IMG/VR virus record: IMGVR_UViG_3300020048_000017
Location: 64,001-128,000 of that record
DNA length: 64,000 nucleotides
Direction: 5' to 3' (one strand)
From: a virus
Position numbers and translations under genes: made by a program. The notes under the pieces were generated by a model that saw only the letters and a program-made list of their open reading frames with translations, made no database searches and was not told where the DNA came from. Shown one piece after another: positions 43,243 to 54,558 of this stretch; position 1 is the first letter of the stretch; each line of letters opens with the position of its first letter.

Positions 43243-45642
43243 TCAAAATCGAGCAGTGTGGAGGCCTCTCCCGACTTCATAAACTGGAAGCTGATTACAA
43301 ACTAAGGCCTCTCCGTTAGCAAAGATACTCTGGGAGTAAGACAGGGATGTATTAAAAAACTCCAACGTTTGAGAACTTCCAGAGGCATATTTAGTAGCAA
43401 AAAGATGACCTTTGTAAAATAACGTCCAGCTTTGAGAAGACTCTGGTAAATAACCCCCTAAAAATGAATTGTCTCTTCGAAAATTACTTAAGTTAGAACA
43501 ACTATTAAGTAATAATACATTTAAAGTATTTTTTTGTTCGATTCTCGATTCTCCATCCTTCTTATACACGGTGTAATATATTTTTAAATTCTTATCATTG
43601 ATTATTGAAGATTCGGTAGTGAACTCAGGTAAATAAGATATTAAAATGGTTGTAGAGATTGTTTTTGTAGACAAAGCATCCAAAAAATAAGAACTTGTAT
43701 AAGAACCAATAGGTGTTTCCCCGTCAGTTTCGTAATTAGAGTCGTAACCAGTCGATGCAAAACTTATAGGATTATTTGTAGACCCAATTTTAGTAATAGA
43801 TGCGGTTTCGTAATCAACAAAAGGTAAACATGCGAGGCCTAAGACTTTAGTTTGATTTTTATTTCTATAAAGATAAGAAGAAGTTTTAGGTGTTAAAACA
43901 TCTTGTTCATTGTAAGATATTTCGACGTACTCATATAATTTTTCAGAATTAAACCCAATAACACCCGCTTTAAATTCAGGAACGATTGCGTAATACCCAC
44001 CAAAGTAGTTTTCAAAAAAGACATTTGATAATTGACCAAGTGAGTTGGTTCCGAACTCCTGAAATGTCTTTGCTTCCGATACACTAAACGAGTATCCCTC
44101 TTGCCCAAGTATTTGATAAGACTTTCCTATATAATTATCACCATCTCTAGACTCCCACTCTCCAGCCGTTGAATAATCGGTGGAAAAAGCAGAAGAGCTA
44201 TCTTCAGGATTAAAATAACTTGTGATATTATTAATATAATTACTAGCAAAAGTAGTGTCAAACTTTTTAATAACATCTATCTCGGTTGTTGTGAAATTTT
44301 TAGGATCGCTTTTTAATAAAATAACTTCTTTTACAATACTGTACGATGATCTTATTCCCGACCTAGTTCCAACTCCATACTCTTTATTAACATTATTTAA
44401 AACCCCCCCAGAAGACCCTCGTTCGATTAGAGAAAACGAACGTATTTCTTGAATACGAAAGGTCGAATCGTCCGACCTAGTAAGATTAATAGTGTCTTCG
44501 TAATTAATAGTGGTTGGAGCAATTATTTCGAAACTAACCACAGAATCGTTCCCAGATCCCACTTGCGCCGAAATCGAGAAACTGCCCATGTTTATAGAGG
44601 TGCCTTTATCCGTCCACTTATATTGACCAGCAGTTGTTTTAAGGCATTGAGAGAATTTAAAAAATGGAGAAATACGGCTATAAGCGCCAGCGTAATTAAA
44701 AACTTGAAATCTTTCTAATTCATTATGATAATCTTCAACAAAAGTATTGATAGTATACCTGCCTACTTGGCGACCACCACTAGGAAGTTCGTATTCTTCA
44801 GTTTGAGTCCCGAAACTTTCCCCAAAGAATTCATAAGTATACGTAAAAACAGATGGAATAAAAGTTTTAGTTTTGCAAGGAACAAAATTTATAACAGTGG
44901 TTGTTCCAGTTGTTGTGTAAGAGCCATTTGAAATCGAAAATGTATTTTTATCTGGGTATGTCGCGATATAATTAATAGTAGTGGGTAGGTTATTAATTGA
45001 AAATTCTTTTGTATAAGTGCTATTATAATTTTCTCGAACAGCAACCTTAAAAGTATTGTTCGAAGTATTTTCAAAAACTGTTGAAAAACTGGAGCTGGAA
45101 ACTTCTCCATTTACGACATTACTTACAGTAGACTTGTAAGATGCTCCACTTTCATTCCTAACATTATAATATTTAGTAACCGCAGACCCTATAACTGTGG
45201 TTTCGTTATTAATTTCATATCCGTTGTCAAAATCGTCGCCCGTCTCAACTCTTGAAGTTTGAGTTTCCCCATTAACGGTGGTGGTGACTATATTAGTTTG
45301 ACCCCATTCCCCAGTATGGACAACTGAAGAATTATTCTTATACTCATAAGTCCTAGCCACAGTGATCCCGCCTTGTTGCGTCTGATTTACACCATCTACC
45401 TGCTCTTCGGCCTGAGTGGTTCTACGAACTTCTTCGTTTAAAAATTGAGTATTTTTAACTTCTTTAGAGTTATTATGAGAAGTTGTTAAAGTCTCATTAT
45501 CGACAGCGTTTGAATCCACGGTTTTGCCGACCTCGACCCTGCTAAAAGAAGTTATATAAGAGCGAGTTGTAAGATAGTTTTCCGACTTACCATAACTAAC
45601 AGGGAAGGATTCCGCCGTAGTATATTTAGATTCATAACGCAT
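43243..45642 (-). CDS. Putative tail fibre / structural protein, Ser/Thr-rich
   Basis: 799 aa, beta-rich T/S/N/Y composition, last gene of the tail module. Confidence 0.55.
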   Translation of the reverse strand: MRYESKYTTAESFPVSYGKSENYLTTRSYITSFSRVEVGKTVDSNAVDNETLTTSHNNSKEVKNTQFLNEEVRRTTQAEEQVDGVNQTQQGGITVARTYEYKNNSSVVHTGEWGQTNIVTTTVNGETQTSRVETGDDFDNGYEINNETTVIGSAVTKYYNVRNESGASYKSTVSNVVNGEVSSSSFSTVFENTSNNTFKVAVRENYNSTYTKEFSINNLPTTINYIATYPDKNTFSISNGSYTTTGTTTVINFVPCKTKTFIPSVFTYTYEFFGESFGTQTEEYELPSGGRQVGRYTINTFVEDYHNELERFQVFNYAGAYSRISPFFKFSQCLKTTAGQYKWTDKGTSINMGSFSISAQVGSGNDSVVSFEIIAPTTINYEDTINLTRSDDSTFRIQEIRSFSLIERGSSGGVLNNVNKEYGVGTRSGIRSSYSIVKEVILLKSDPKNFTTTEIDVIKKFDTTFASNYINNITSYFNPEDSSSAFSTDYSTAGEWESRDGDNYIGKSYQILGQEGYSFSVSEAKTFQEFGTNSLGQLSNVFFENYFGGYYAIVPEFKAGVIGFNSEKLYEYVEISYNEQDVLTPKTSSYLYRNKNQTKVLGLACLPFVDYETASITKIGSTNNPISFASTGYDSNYETDGETPIGSYTSSYFLDALSTKTISTTILISYLPEFTTESSIINDKNLKIYYTVYKKDGESRIEQKNTLNVLLLNSCSNLSNFRRDNSFLGGYLPESSQSWTLFYKGHLFATKYASGSSQTLEFFNTSLSYSQSIFANGEALVCNQLPVYEVGRGLHTARF

Positions 45643-46093
45643 TTATTTTCCAAGTATAAAAATTTTTAAAGTTCCTTTGACCCGCTTGAGTGGGAATAAC
45701 GCCATCGACCCTAGATACTATAGGAATTACAGAAAGGGGCTCTTTAAATCTAGCCAATGCCTGACCATTTGAAATTCTGGCAAAAAATATATCAAATTCC
45801 GCTGGTGGTATATTTTCAGCATCATCAATAGGTTCCGGCATGGTGGTGGAAAATTGTAATTCAAAACTAGATATAGATCCACCCGAACAACTTACGGATA
45901 ATATTAAAAATCCGTTAGATTGAACTTCTACCCATTCGTTTATATTAGAAGCCGTTATATTATTAATAATACCATCCAAAAGACGATAGTAAACCGTATC
46001 GTCCTCTCGCTTAGTCTCTAAATTCCAGATTTGACAAGACTGATTAGAGCCCCCTTCGAAATATGCTTTTTTAGGTCTCCAAGGTTTTGCCAT
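45632..46093 (-). CDS. Hypothetical structural protein
   Basis: Located in tail operon with overlapping start/stop. Confidence 0.55.
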   Translation of the reverse strand: MAKPWRPKKAYFEGGSNQSCQIWNLETKREDDTVYYRLLDGIINNITASNINEWVEVQSNGFLILSVSCSGGSISSFELQFSTTMPEPIDDAENIPPAEFDIFFARISNGQALARFKEPLSVIPIVSRVDGVIPTQAGQRNFKNFYTWKINAL

Positions 46094-48549
46094 TATCTTC
46101 CAGATATAAAAATCTCCTCCAAGTTGTAGCCGTCATATACACTTAACCTTGCTATTGATGGGGCTAAATTTAAACTCCTATCATAATACACTTCAATGAA
46201 AGGAGAGTTAAATATATTTTGTTTAGTAATCATCCCCCCAGAATTTGAAAATTTGCCAGAAACACCTCCTTCGAACCAGCCGCTTTCTTTGTAGTCATAA
46301 AAAGTATTTCCAATTCCCGTTTTAAGATTCCACATATCCACAAATGGGATTGGAACCTCCGGACCCAACATTCTCCCAGAACCGATGCCCGTCCCTTCTA
46401 ACAAGGTAAAGACCCCAGAAACAGCACCTTCAACAAGTCCCGTTCCAGTAACGCAAGTCGTTCCCGTAAGGCATCTAGATATTCCGTAATCCCCAGTAAT
46501 AGGAGCTTGTCCTGAAGTTATGCCTGAGGAATAAGGAACGAGAAACAATCTCATAAAGTTCGTATCGTAAGCAGGATCATCAGAAGTTTCTGGAAGTATT
46601 ATCCTTCCCGAAATGTTAATCTCCCCTGTGAAATCGAACCCTGTTAGATTTGTAAAGTTCTTTTTATAAACTGTAAAATTTCTAAAAGCATATTCATCTA
46701 ACTCCACAGTCTCTTCCCTTTCGAATTCGTTAATATAACCCGTTTGCAAAATGGCTCCATTTTGCCGATCACTTACAGTAATAGCTATAGAAGATACATC
46801 TAAAGCCACTCCAAATGGATCTAGTTCATAAATCCATCCAGACAGCCAGACGGAACAAGGTTTACCAGATCCTATTAAATAATCTTGGAATTGGGAGAAC
46901 TTAAATTCGTATAAATTCCCTGATTGAACACCATAATAGTCTGTTAGTCTTGTTACCGTAGGGGCCACATCTCCAACATATACTCCAGACCGTTTTACAC
47001 ATTCAATATATTCATAGTTATGCAAACCTGTTAAAGACCCTATTAAAAAATCACACCCAGAAGAAGTGTTTATCGATCCTGTCGCAGTCCCCCGAATAAC
47101 TCCTGAAAAATAATTGTCAGAATTTGGTATTAAACCAGAACCTGTAATATTTATTGGCTCTGAATAATAACCAGTTGGAACATAATAAGCAGTAAAAAAA
47201 GTAGGTATAAAACCACTCCATCCATCTTCCTTGTAAAAATAATTCTTATTTTCTAAAATAGAAGTTGCCCCGCTATATTCCCCGCATATAGTGGTAGTTA
47301 TTTCCTCTGAGATTAATTGGCTTCCGATTCCAGCGATCCTCCCTTCGGAACTATATAAATAACCCGTTTGTAAAAGATTCCCAGTAACGTCAATATTAAC
47401 TCCCCCCGAAGTAACAACCCCCGTGTAAGTATTTTGGAAAACGTAGTATCCACTACCTTCTAAAACCGTGCCGGTTAAATTGACATTTACATAATCATTA
47501 TAAATTTGACCAGAGGACGGACCAGAATAAACTAATCCTGTTCTTAAGACGTTACCCGTCCAAACGGACAGCCCCGTGTGACAATAAGTTTTACTAACTG
47601 CCCCAGTAGCGCTTCCCGAGAAAACATAACCAGATAGGCCAGTTACGTCTGTCAAGTAGTTTACAACGGGTTTACTCATAGTCCCACAACCCTTTAACAT
47701 GCCTGATATATTACCGGAAACTATACCAGTCTCTAAGGATCTTATTTGAGAAGATAGTCCTCCAGAAACGAAACTTAATTCAACTTGCAAATTCCTATCA
47801 GGGCCTTGAAAAAACGAAGTTACGTTGAAAAGCTTACTACCCGCAGATTTAAAAAAAGTATCTTGGTTAGGAGATACAGAGAAGAATTCAGACCCATCGA
47901 CAAATGATGATGGGATATTTGCATTGACCGAAAATGGACCGAAATTAGAGATAAAGTCAATCTTCACACCTGATGTCGGAGTTGGGGTATTTTCCAAACT
48001 AACCAACCTAACTAAACATCCGTTATCACAGATCCCAGAGTCCCACCCAGTTACGGCAAACTTAGAGGAAGAGTTAACGTCTATAGATGCGTCAAAAATC
48101 AGGAATCTCCTATCGGGAAATCCATTAGTAAGCAATCCCGAAACAATCGTGTTGCCAGAATTAGAACTATTTAATATAGCAAAATCTAAAACCGGCTCTT
48201 TACCACTAACAATTACATCACAATCTATAACAGAATTTGTAGATATAGAAAGGTTCTCAAAAACCCCCGTAGGCTTAGTCCCGCCGTTTATCAATAGATT
48301 AGAGCCGTCATAAAGATTATAAAGGTTGTTTGAATAAAATACTTTTAAATTCTTAGAACCGTTGTTGATCGATCCGAATTGTTCATCACAGATAGAAAGT
48401 AGACCTTCTCTGCACGAAACACCAAAAAAAGAATCCCCACTCAACCCTATGTCGAAATCCCCAATATTATTTTGAAAATTAACACGAATATCCATAACTC
48501 CACCCGATTGAGTGGATATGCTACGGTTATTATTTCCTGAAATTATCAT
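46093..48549 (-). CDS. Putative virion structural protein, strongly Ser/Thr-Gly enriched
   Basis: 818 aa with about 60 SG/TG dipeptides by hand count. Confidence 0.55.
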   Translation of the reverse strand: MIISGNNNRSISTQSGGVMDIRVNFQNNIGDFDIGLSGDSFFGVSCREGLLSICDEQFGSINNGSKNLKVFYSNNLYNLYDGSNLLINGGTKPTGVFENLSISTNSVIDCDVIVSGKEPVLDFAILNSSNSGNTIVSGLLTNGFPDRRFLIFDASIDVNSSSKFAVTGWDSGICDNGCLVRLVSLENTPTPTSGVKIDFISNFGPFSVNANIPSSFVDGSEFFSVSPNQDTFFKSAGSKLFNVTSFFQGPDRNLQVELSFVSGGLSSQIRSLETGIVSGNISGMLKGCGTMSKPVVNYLTDVTGLSGYVFSGSATGAVSKTYCHTGLSVWTGNVLRTGLVYSGPSSGQIYNDYVNVNLTGTVLEGSGYYVFQNTYTGVVTSGGVNIDVTGNLLQTGYLYSSEGRIAGIGSQLISEEITTTICGEYSGATSILENKNYFYKEDGWSGFIPTFFTAYYVPTGYYSEPINITGSGLIPNSDNYFSGVIRGTATGSINTSSGCDFLIGSLTGLHNYEYIECVKRSGVYVGDVAPTVTRLTDYYGVQSGNLYEFKFSQFQDYLIGSGKPCSVWLSGWIYELDPFGVALDVSSIAITVSDRQNGAILQTGYINEFEREETVELDEYAFRNFTVYKKNFTNLTGFDFTGEINISGRIILPETSDDPAYDTNFMRLFLVPYSSGITSGQAPITGDYGISRCLTGTTCVTGTGLVEGAVSGVFTLLEGTGIGSGRMLGPEVPIPFVDMWNLKTGIGNTFYDYKESGWFEGGVSGKFSNSGGMITKQNIFNSPFIEVYYDRSLNLAPSIARLSVYDGYNLEEIFISGR

Positions 48550-51275
48550 ATAGTTGGATAGCCCCCTTCGCTAGGGTAGTCTTTGTCAGGTTGACCCCAC
48601 CTTCTTTGCAATTGCTCGTTACCAAAAATCGGCCCATTGTTTCTCATCTCTAAACGGATTCTTGGGTCAGGAGGTATCGGAATTGAGTTTTTAAAGGAGA
48701 TAGTGGAAACGGGGGAGTCCCCATATAGTCTTACACTAATACTCCTAAAACCATCCTCAATATCGAAGTCCGAAGTAGGAATCCCGTTCATTTCAATTTG
48801 TAATTCGATTGTTTCTTGAGTTTGATTAACTTTTAATGGACTTATATAATCTTCGATAGACTCTTTAATTTTGCCTAACTCTGGAATACATCCTAATTCA
48901 ACCTCATCGTAATAATATTCCTCAATATCAGACTCAGATATTGATACAGGAACCATGTTTGATTGTAACGTATTACCCGCCGATAAGTGGGTGTAAGTTT
49001 GAAGGACTTCAATTTTTGGCAAAATCATGTGAGTTGTTACCGAAGCGTTGTTATTTATAAATACGTAATACCCTCCTGCGTAAGGTATATGTTCCGAAGT
49101 TCCAGAACCCTCTTGCTCTCTAACTGTTGATTGTGGAGGCATCCAAAATACAATATTTTCAATTTGGATTTTTTTAGCTTGAGTAGAACGCAATCCTATT
49201 TTAACTGGTGTTTGATAACCTTCAATTTCAACTTGTTTGGTTTTGTCTTTTGGGTGCCAATCGTAAGTTTGAAGATTACTTATAGTGAGAGCCCCAGAAT
49301 TTTTACTATCTTTGTATTTCTTTACTAAAAAAATTTTATCCTTATCGGTCCAACCTCCATTTAATTTAGCTCTTTCGCTATATTTACCCTCCAGTTGGGG
49401 GTGATCATTTTTAAAGTCTTGGGAACCCAAACTCTCACCCTCTCCTAGCGATACCGATACAATACTTGTAACTTCAATGGGGACTAAGTTATCACAGATC
49501 TCGATCAGCTTCTCTAAATCATCACCTTCTTGAACTGGCGGAATCCAAATTGGAGATCTTTCTACTAAAATTAAAGAATCTTTATTCTCTCCTTCCTCGT
49601 TAGTCAATTCGGATACGTAACTTTCAGGATTAGACGTAGTAAAGAATTTTGTAAAATCTAAACCAATTTCCGCTTGTTCGTAATAATTAGCAGAGTCTCC
49701 CCCAGCAGGGGTGACGGAAGGAGCATTCCCTTGAATAGAGTCATACTTTCTAATGAAAAATTTACCCAAGAATTCCGAACCGATAGCAGCTTCCCATTCA
49801 TATCGGGTAGAGAACTTCTCATCATTTCGGTTACCTATAAATAAAAAGAAATCTTCCGCACCCTCTTCTTCTAGATTTTCATAAAGGGCCTGCACATCAC
49901 CGCCCAAGGCTGTCGCCAACTTTTTAAAACCTTCAGGATTAATCTCTTTAGAAAATACTTTTTTTACAGTTAAGTCTAACAAAGGTAAAGAACATTTTCC
50001 TAAAACTAGATCATCTGCGTAATCCATATCGAAATATGAAGTGTAGCCAATAGACACTCCATTGATCCCTTCTACGTTTTTACTAGTTTCCACTCTTTCA
50101 TTAGCAGACTCGTCTCCAACGATTCCATATACATTTAAAAATGCTACAGCCTCTCTTAGTCTAGGGGAATACATTCCAGCCATACACAATAGCTCCATCA
50201 AATCATACTCAGGCAATCCCCAAGATCCGTTAGTTCCTATGTAAGCGTTCGTCACCTGTGACATAGGTTCTGTTGGAGATATTAAATCCTTTAAATTTAA
50301 AGCCCTACAAACAATTCTTTTTCCAAATTGATACTGACATTGGTAGTCTCTTTCTTGACCCTCTCTGCCGAAATAACCAAGAACGTTATTAGAATAAGTC
50401 CCCTCTAAACTCCTAGAGCGGGAAATATTAGTAATGTTGCAATCATTCTCTAAACCTTTAGTGTTAATAGAAATACCTGCTTCAAGTGATAAGATTTTAA
50501 TAACCCCAGCTTCCCAATAATAAGACCAGCCAAAATCTCTACACCAGTTGTTTAGCACCTCTCTTAAAGTTCCCGTATAGTTAGTTTTATAGTTCTCAAC
50601 CCCTTGCAAAGATGAGAATTGCTGAATTCTAATTGGGGGCCACCCATTATTAATAGCAGTAACAAGATCTAAAAAAGAATACTCGACCTCCAAGATTCGA
50701 GTTTCTCGGAGTTTTTCGCAATCGATTCTACGCATTTTTTTCTCATACTCTTTAACCAGTTCTATAGGAGAGTCTTTACAAGGGTCGCAAGGATCGACCT
50801 TAAAATCTAATTCGTCATCACCACAAGGGTCTATAAAATCCCCAACAATAACAAAAGGGTCGGAGCCGTAGAAATTTCCTCGCCTCCAACTTTTAAAGTC
50901 TTTGTCCCCAATTTTAATTTTTTTAACAGTAGACTGGTGGTGTTTACCCCATAATCCAACGAGAATCTTATCCAAGATAAAGCTTCCATCAACCAAATTT
51001 ATTTTAATAACATTATCCCCAGAAGGAGAGCAGTTTCTCTCTTCAGAGATGGGGAACCCCACAAAATTCATAGAACCTACAGAGATTTCCATCGGAGATT
51101 GAACTGACAAGGGGATCATTTCAAGAACCGAATCTTTGTCGATTAATGACACAGACATTCTAGAAGATTGTTTAAGATTTCCAACTTGGTAGTCTACACC
51201 TACGACCTTTATTTTATCGGACAAGCCATTGATTTTGATTTGGCCAATATTTTGAATAGAACAACTTTCACTCAT
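48546..51275 (-). CDS. Putative baseplate hub / tail-tip protein
   Basis: Position after TMP and tail paralogs; TLREVLNNWCRDFGWSYYW resembles gpD/gp27 hub segments. Confidence 0.4.
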   Translation of the reverse strand: MSESCSIQNIGQIKINGLSDKIKVVGVDYQVGNLKQSSRMSVSLIDKDSVLEMIPLSVQSPMEISVGSMNFVGFPISEERNCSPSGDNVIKINLVDGSFILDKILVGLWGKHHQSTVKKIKIGDKDFKSWRRGNFYGSDPFVIVGDFIDPCGDDELDFKVDPCDPCKDSPIELVKEYEKKMRRIDCEKLRETRILEVEYSFLDLVTAINNGWPPIRIQQFSSLQGVENYKTNYTGTLREVLNNWCRDFGWSYYWEAGVIKILSLEAGISINTKGLENDCNITNISRSRSLEGTYSNNVLGYFGREGQERDYQCQYQFGKRIVCRALNLKDLISPTEPMSQVTNAYIGTNGSWGLPEYDLMELLCMAGMYSPRLREAVAFLNVYGIVGDESANERVETSKNVEGINGVSIGYTSYFDMDYADDLVLGKCSLPLLDLTVKKVFSKEINPEGFKKLATALGGDVQALYENLEEEGAEDFFLFIGNRNDEKFSTRYEWEAAIGSEFLGKFFIRKYDSIQGNAPSVTPAGGDSANYYEQAEIGLDFTKFFTTSNPESYVSELTNEEGENKDSLILVERSPIWIPPVQEGDDLEKLIEICDNLVPIEVTSIVSVSLGEGESLGSQDFKNDHPQLEGKYSERAKLNGGWTDKDKIFLVKKYKDSKNSGALTISNLQTYDWHPKDKTKQVEIEGYQTPVKIGLRSTQAKKIQIENIVFWMPPQSTVREQEGSGTSEHIPYAGGYYVFINNNASVTTHMILPKIEVLQTYTHLSAGNTLQSNMVPVSISESDIEEYYYDEVELGCIPELGKIKESIEDYISPLKVNQTQETIELQIEMNGIPTSDFDIEDGFRSISVRLYGDSPVSTISFKNSIPIPPDPRIRLEMRNNGPIFGNEQLQRRWGQPDKDYPSEGGYPTI

Positions 51276-51340
51276 TTAAAAATACATAAACAATAATTCG
51301 ACACTGTGGATAGATAATAATAGATTTCTATTAATAGCAA

Positions 51341-52882
51341 TTAGGTTAGAGGGGGCACGAAACCAGAAACGTTAAAATAGTCACCTTCGTTTCCATAGAT
51401 TAAATCTCCAGAAAAACAACCCAAAGAATTTTGCCCAAAACCCTCTTGAATAGAACTAAGTTTAGAGAATTTGGAAAGAGGAGTTCTCAATCTGTTCACG
51501 AAACACATTAAGTAATCATCATAAAAACCAGTTTGTAAAAATTTTTGAGAGGTGTGGAAAACTTCAATTTCATCATCAAAATGTATCTCTACAAGTTTAC
51601 CAGAAGAATTAGAGAAATTATCAGTTTGCATTACAAAATCTCCTAATTTCACAGAATAATCTATACCACTAATTAATATCGATCCATTTAAAAATAAAAT
51701 AGAGTTGCCATTGCTAGGAATCGGAATAGAACCCGATACGAGATCCCCAGACGCAATTTCTTGAATACTATACGAATGAGACAAGGAATCTAAAACTCCT
51801 ACAGCAGATAAGTTTGAACCACTTTTTATAAACAGGTTAGAAGAATAAAGGTAGTCACTTACTTTATTTTGAAGAAAACCATCATAAAAGAAAAGAGTGT
51901 CACTAAAATTTAAAGTTTCCTGACTTCTAAAGTAACCATTTACAGCGTCAAAAAATATATTTGAATTTGGCTTTATAATTGGGTTAGCTTTAAAACCTAC
52001 GCAATACAAAGACTCTACACCGGAACACGAATCATATTTAATTCCAGATTTCATGAAACCCTTCATAAAGCCAAAATCGATAACAGAGGGAGTTTCGACT
52101 AAGGTATAAGATGATGAAGGACTCCAACCCGAAACGTAGCCACTTTCATTGCAATGAGCAGAACCAAAAGCAAACCCAGAGTTTTCAACGAGGGTGATCG
52201 AGTAAGGATCTCTAAAAAAACCGCTCGATAAAACTTCTAGCTGCCTAGCGTTAAGAGCTGTTCTTAATAAAACAGCCTCATCAATATATCCACTAAAGGG
52301 TTCTAGCCCCGACACCAGAGAATTTCCTATGTTTAAATTTTCGAAATTGTTTAAATTACATGAAAAAGGGAAGGACTTACTAGAACTTTTGAGAGATAGG
52401 GATGACGGATCGTAAGAATGACAAGTAATTACATTACCTGCTTTTGTAAATCCTAATAAATTTTTATCAGAAAGTGGGAGATCGAAAGCCTCGGAATAAA
52501 GATACCCATTAGAATCTTTAGTAGTAATTAAAACATCATTTATAGAGTTAATAGAGACTACGATACCGGAACTCTTTGAAGAGTCCATTGTCGAAAAGAG
52601 AGTTTGGGGGCTATTAGAAAGTTTCTGGGACAAAAGAAACATCGACCAGTTGTTATCCCTTAGAGAGTTATAACCAGACACGGAAATACCGCCATCTTGA
52701 AAATACCCAGAACCACTATAGTCCCAAAAGTCGGGTAGATTATTAATTCCCCCTGATAGTGAAGAATTTCCAGAGTAAACCGGAACAAAATGCCCCGTTT
52801 CGGCAAAATTATAATGAAAGGCTAAGTCTCCAATACTTAGCCCCAACCTTTCATAAAAGAAGCCGAATCCATCCCTTGCCAT
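51341..52882 (-). CDS. Tail protein with concanavalin A/LamG-like domain
   Basis: NWSMFL..TLFS, LNIGN..FSGYIDEAVLLRTAL...L LamG C-terminal pattern; ATG 52882 follows an AAGG SD. Confidence 0.65.
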   Translation of the reverse strand: MARDGFGFFYERLGLSIGDLAFHYNFAETGHFVPVYSGNSSLSGGINNLPDFWDYSGSGYFQDGGISVSGYNSLRDNNWSMFLLSQKLSNSPQTLFSTMDSSKSSGIVVSINSINDVLITTKDSNGYLYSEAFDLPLSDKNLLGFTKAGNVITCHSYDPSSLSLKSSSKSFPFSCNLNNFENLNIGNSLVSGLEPFSGYIDEAVLLRTALNARQLEVLSSGFFRDPYSITLVENSGFAFGSAHCNESGYVSGWSPSSSYTLVETPSVIDFGFMKGFMKSGIKYDSCSGVESLYCVGFKANPIIKPNSNIFFDAVNGYFRSQETLNFSDTLFFYDGFLQNKVSDYLYSSNLFIKSGSNLSAVGVLDSLSHSYSIQEIASGDLVSGSIPIPSNGNSILFLNGSILISGIDYSVKLGDFVMQTDNFSNSSGKLVEIHFDDEIEVFHTSQKFLQTGFYDDYLMCFVNRLRTPLSKFSKLSSIQEGFGQNSLGCFSGDLIYGNEGDYFNVSGFVPPLT

Positions 52883-52935
52883 TTCCTTAAACCTTAAAAT
52901 AAGATACACGGAAAAGCCAGTCAAACGAACTCTGA

Positions 52936-54558
52936 TTAGACGTAAAGCACCCCGCTAGGAAAAACTGAATTTATTTTAGAAGTCCAAGAGTATGAGAACG
53001 AAAAGCCCCTACCCTCATCTCCTATATTCTTTTCAAAAGACTGGCTGGTTAAAACAATGTCCTGTCCAGATACAAACCTAGAAGCCACTTGCTCAACCAT
53101 ACATTTTGTTACCACCTCTCCGGAAGCTAGAGATTCACATTTTTTGACCAAAGAGTTTCCGTTAATGGTAAATGTCGCCCTATTTAGATAATTTAAATCA
53201 TAAATAGAATAATGACCCTTGCAGATAGTCGGCCTTGCTGAATATTGAGGGATCGCCGGTTTTACGTCTATAGAATACCCAAAAGACTGTAAAGGATGAG
53301 GAGGAATTAAAGATAAGTCTAAATTCTCAAATTCCACAGATACGGTAAGTTGGCAAGAATCCTTGTTTTGAGAAACGCCGCTAGAGATAGGAGAGATTTT
53401 TAGAAACGTTCCAGAATTGTAATATTCGTTCCTTTCAGCAGCAAGTTGGTAATAGTTAAAAGAATTTGCGGCAGCTTGAAGAGCTTCCCAGCCAGCCTCG
53501 TTATTACACTTGCAATTTCCTCTCCATCCAAAATCGACTTCTATACTCGCGGTTTTAGAGGCATTTAGTTCGTCAAGATTCATCGAAAAAGAATCTTTGA
53601 AAAAGGGATTTGGTCTAGGGTCGTCATCAAAAGAATAAGTAAAATTTATAGAATTCTCCAGAGGGTCCTCTTCAATATTTACAGAAAGTTCTTTTGTGTT
53701 AAGTTCTCCGTCGAAAAGTTGAGAGTAGTGACCAGAGGTAATTTCATAAAAATCTAAAGTAGACATTCTAGACCTCAGAGCCCCGAGTTCAACATTATGA
53801 CCCCCAATTAAAGAACCTGCCAAACTTGCTTTAACGACACCTTCTTCTGAACCAGAGTCAAAACTAGAAGAGTATCTGAGAAGGCCCTCTCCGCTAAGAA
53901 CCGGATCGTAATCCCAAGTTTCAGATATAGAACACGAAGCATTAAGCCTGTCTACCGTTTGAGAAACCGTTTTTAAAACAGAATTGGAGACTCCCCCAGA
54001 AGAGATAAAATTCGGAGCAACTAAACCCTGAAGCCCAGAATGGGCCTGACAAAAATTGATAGCATTCTGAAGCGCATCCGTTTGGCTCGCGGAAGTGTTG
54101 AAACCTTTTGCAGAGACGTCATGCGAAATAGACACTATGTCATCACCTTGTTGACTAAAGGAAAAAACATTCTGAGGATCTAAGACTCCGTAGAAACCAC
54201 TGAAGAATCCACTAGGATAAGCTTCCAACTCTATAGAGAACGGAAGGAGGTAGGAGTAGTTAGACTCTTGAAAAGAGATACCTTTTATAAAGGTGACTGG
54301 TTGAGAATAAATAGTCTGCCCCTCTTCCTCAATTCGTAGTTCTTGGAAATTTTTTGAAAAACCAGATAGCAACAGGGCTTGTCTATTAAGCATTTCTCCA
54401 AAATTTGGACAGCCAGTTAAGATACCTTCTAAAGAGATACTTTCAGCGGTAGCCCATCTCTTTCCATACCTGACGAAACTCTCCTTTCTGGAAAGAAGAG
54501 GAGTGGGACATAATCCAGAAAAAATCGGAATATCTCCGTAATAAATTTCAGTTCTCAT
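52936..54558 (-). CDS. Putative tail protein (paralog of next ORF)
   Basis: 540 aa, repeated beta modules; aligns by eye with 54555..56180. Confidence 0.55.
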   Translation of the reverse strand: MRTEIYYGDIPIFSGLCPTPLLSRKESFVRYGKRWATAESISLEGILTGCPNFGEMLNRQALLLSGFSKNFQELRIEEEGQTIYSQPVTFIKGISFQESNYSYLLPFSIELEAYPSGFFSGFYGVLDPQNVFSFSQQGDDIVSISHDVSAKGFNTSASQTDALQNAINFCQAHSGLQGLVAPNFISSGGVSNSVLKTVSQTVDRLNASCSISETWDYDPVLSGEGLLRYSSSFDSGSEEGVVKASLAGSLIGGHNVELGALRSRMSTLDFYEITSGHYSQLFDGELNTKELSVNIEEDPLENSINFTYSFDDDPRPNPFFKDSFSMNLDELNASKTASIEVDFGWRGNCKCNNEAGWEALQAAANSFNYYQLAAERNEYYNSGTFLKISPISSGVSQNKDSCQLTVSVEFENLDLSLIPPHPLQSFGYSIDVKPAIPQYSARPTICKGHYSIYDLNYLNRATFTINGNSLVKKCESLASGEVVTKCMVEQVASRFVSGQDIVLTSQSFEKNIGDEGRGFSFSYSWTSKINSVFPSGVLYV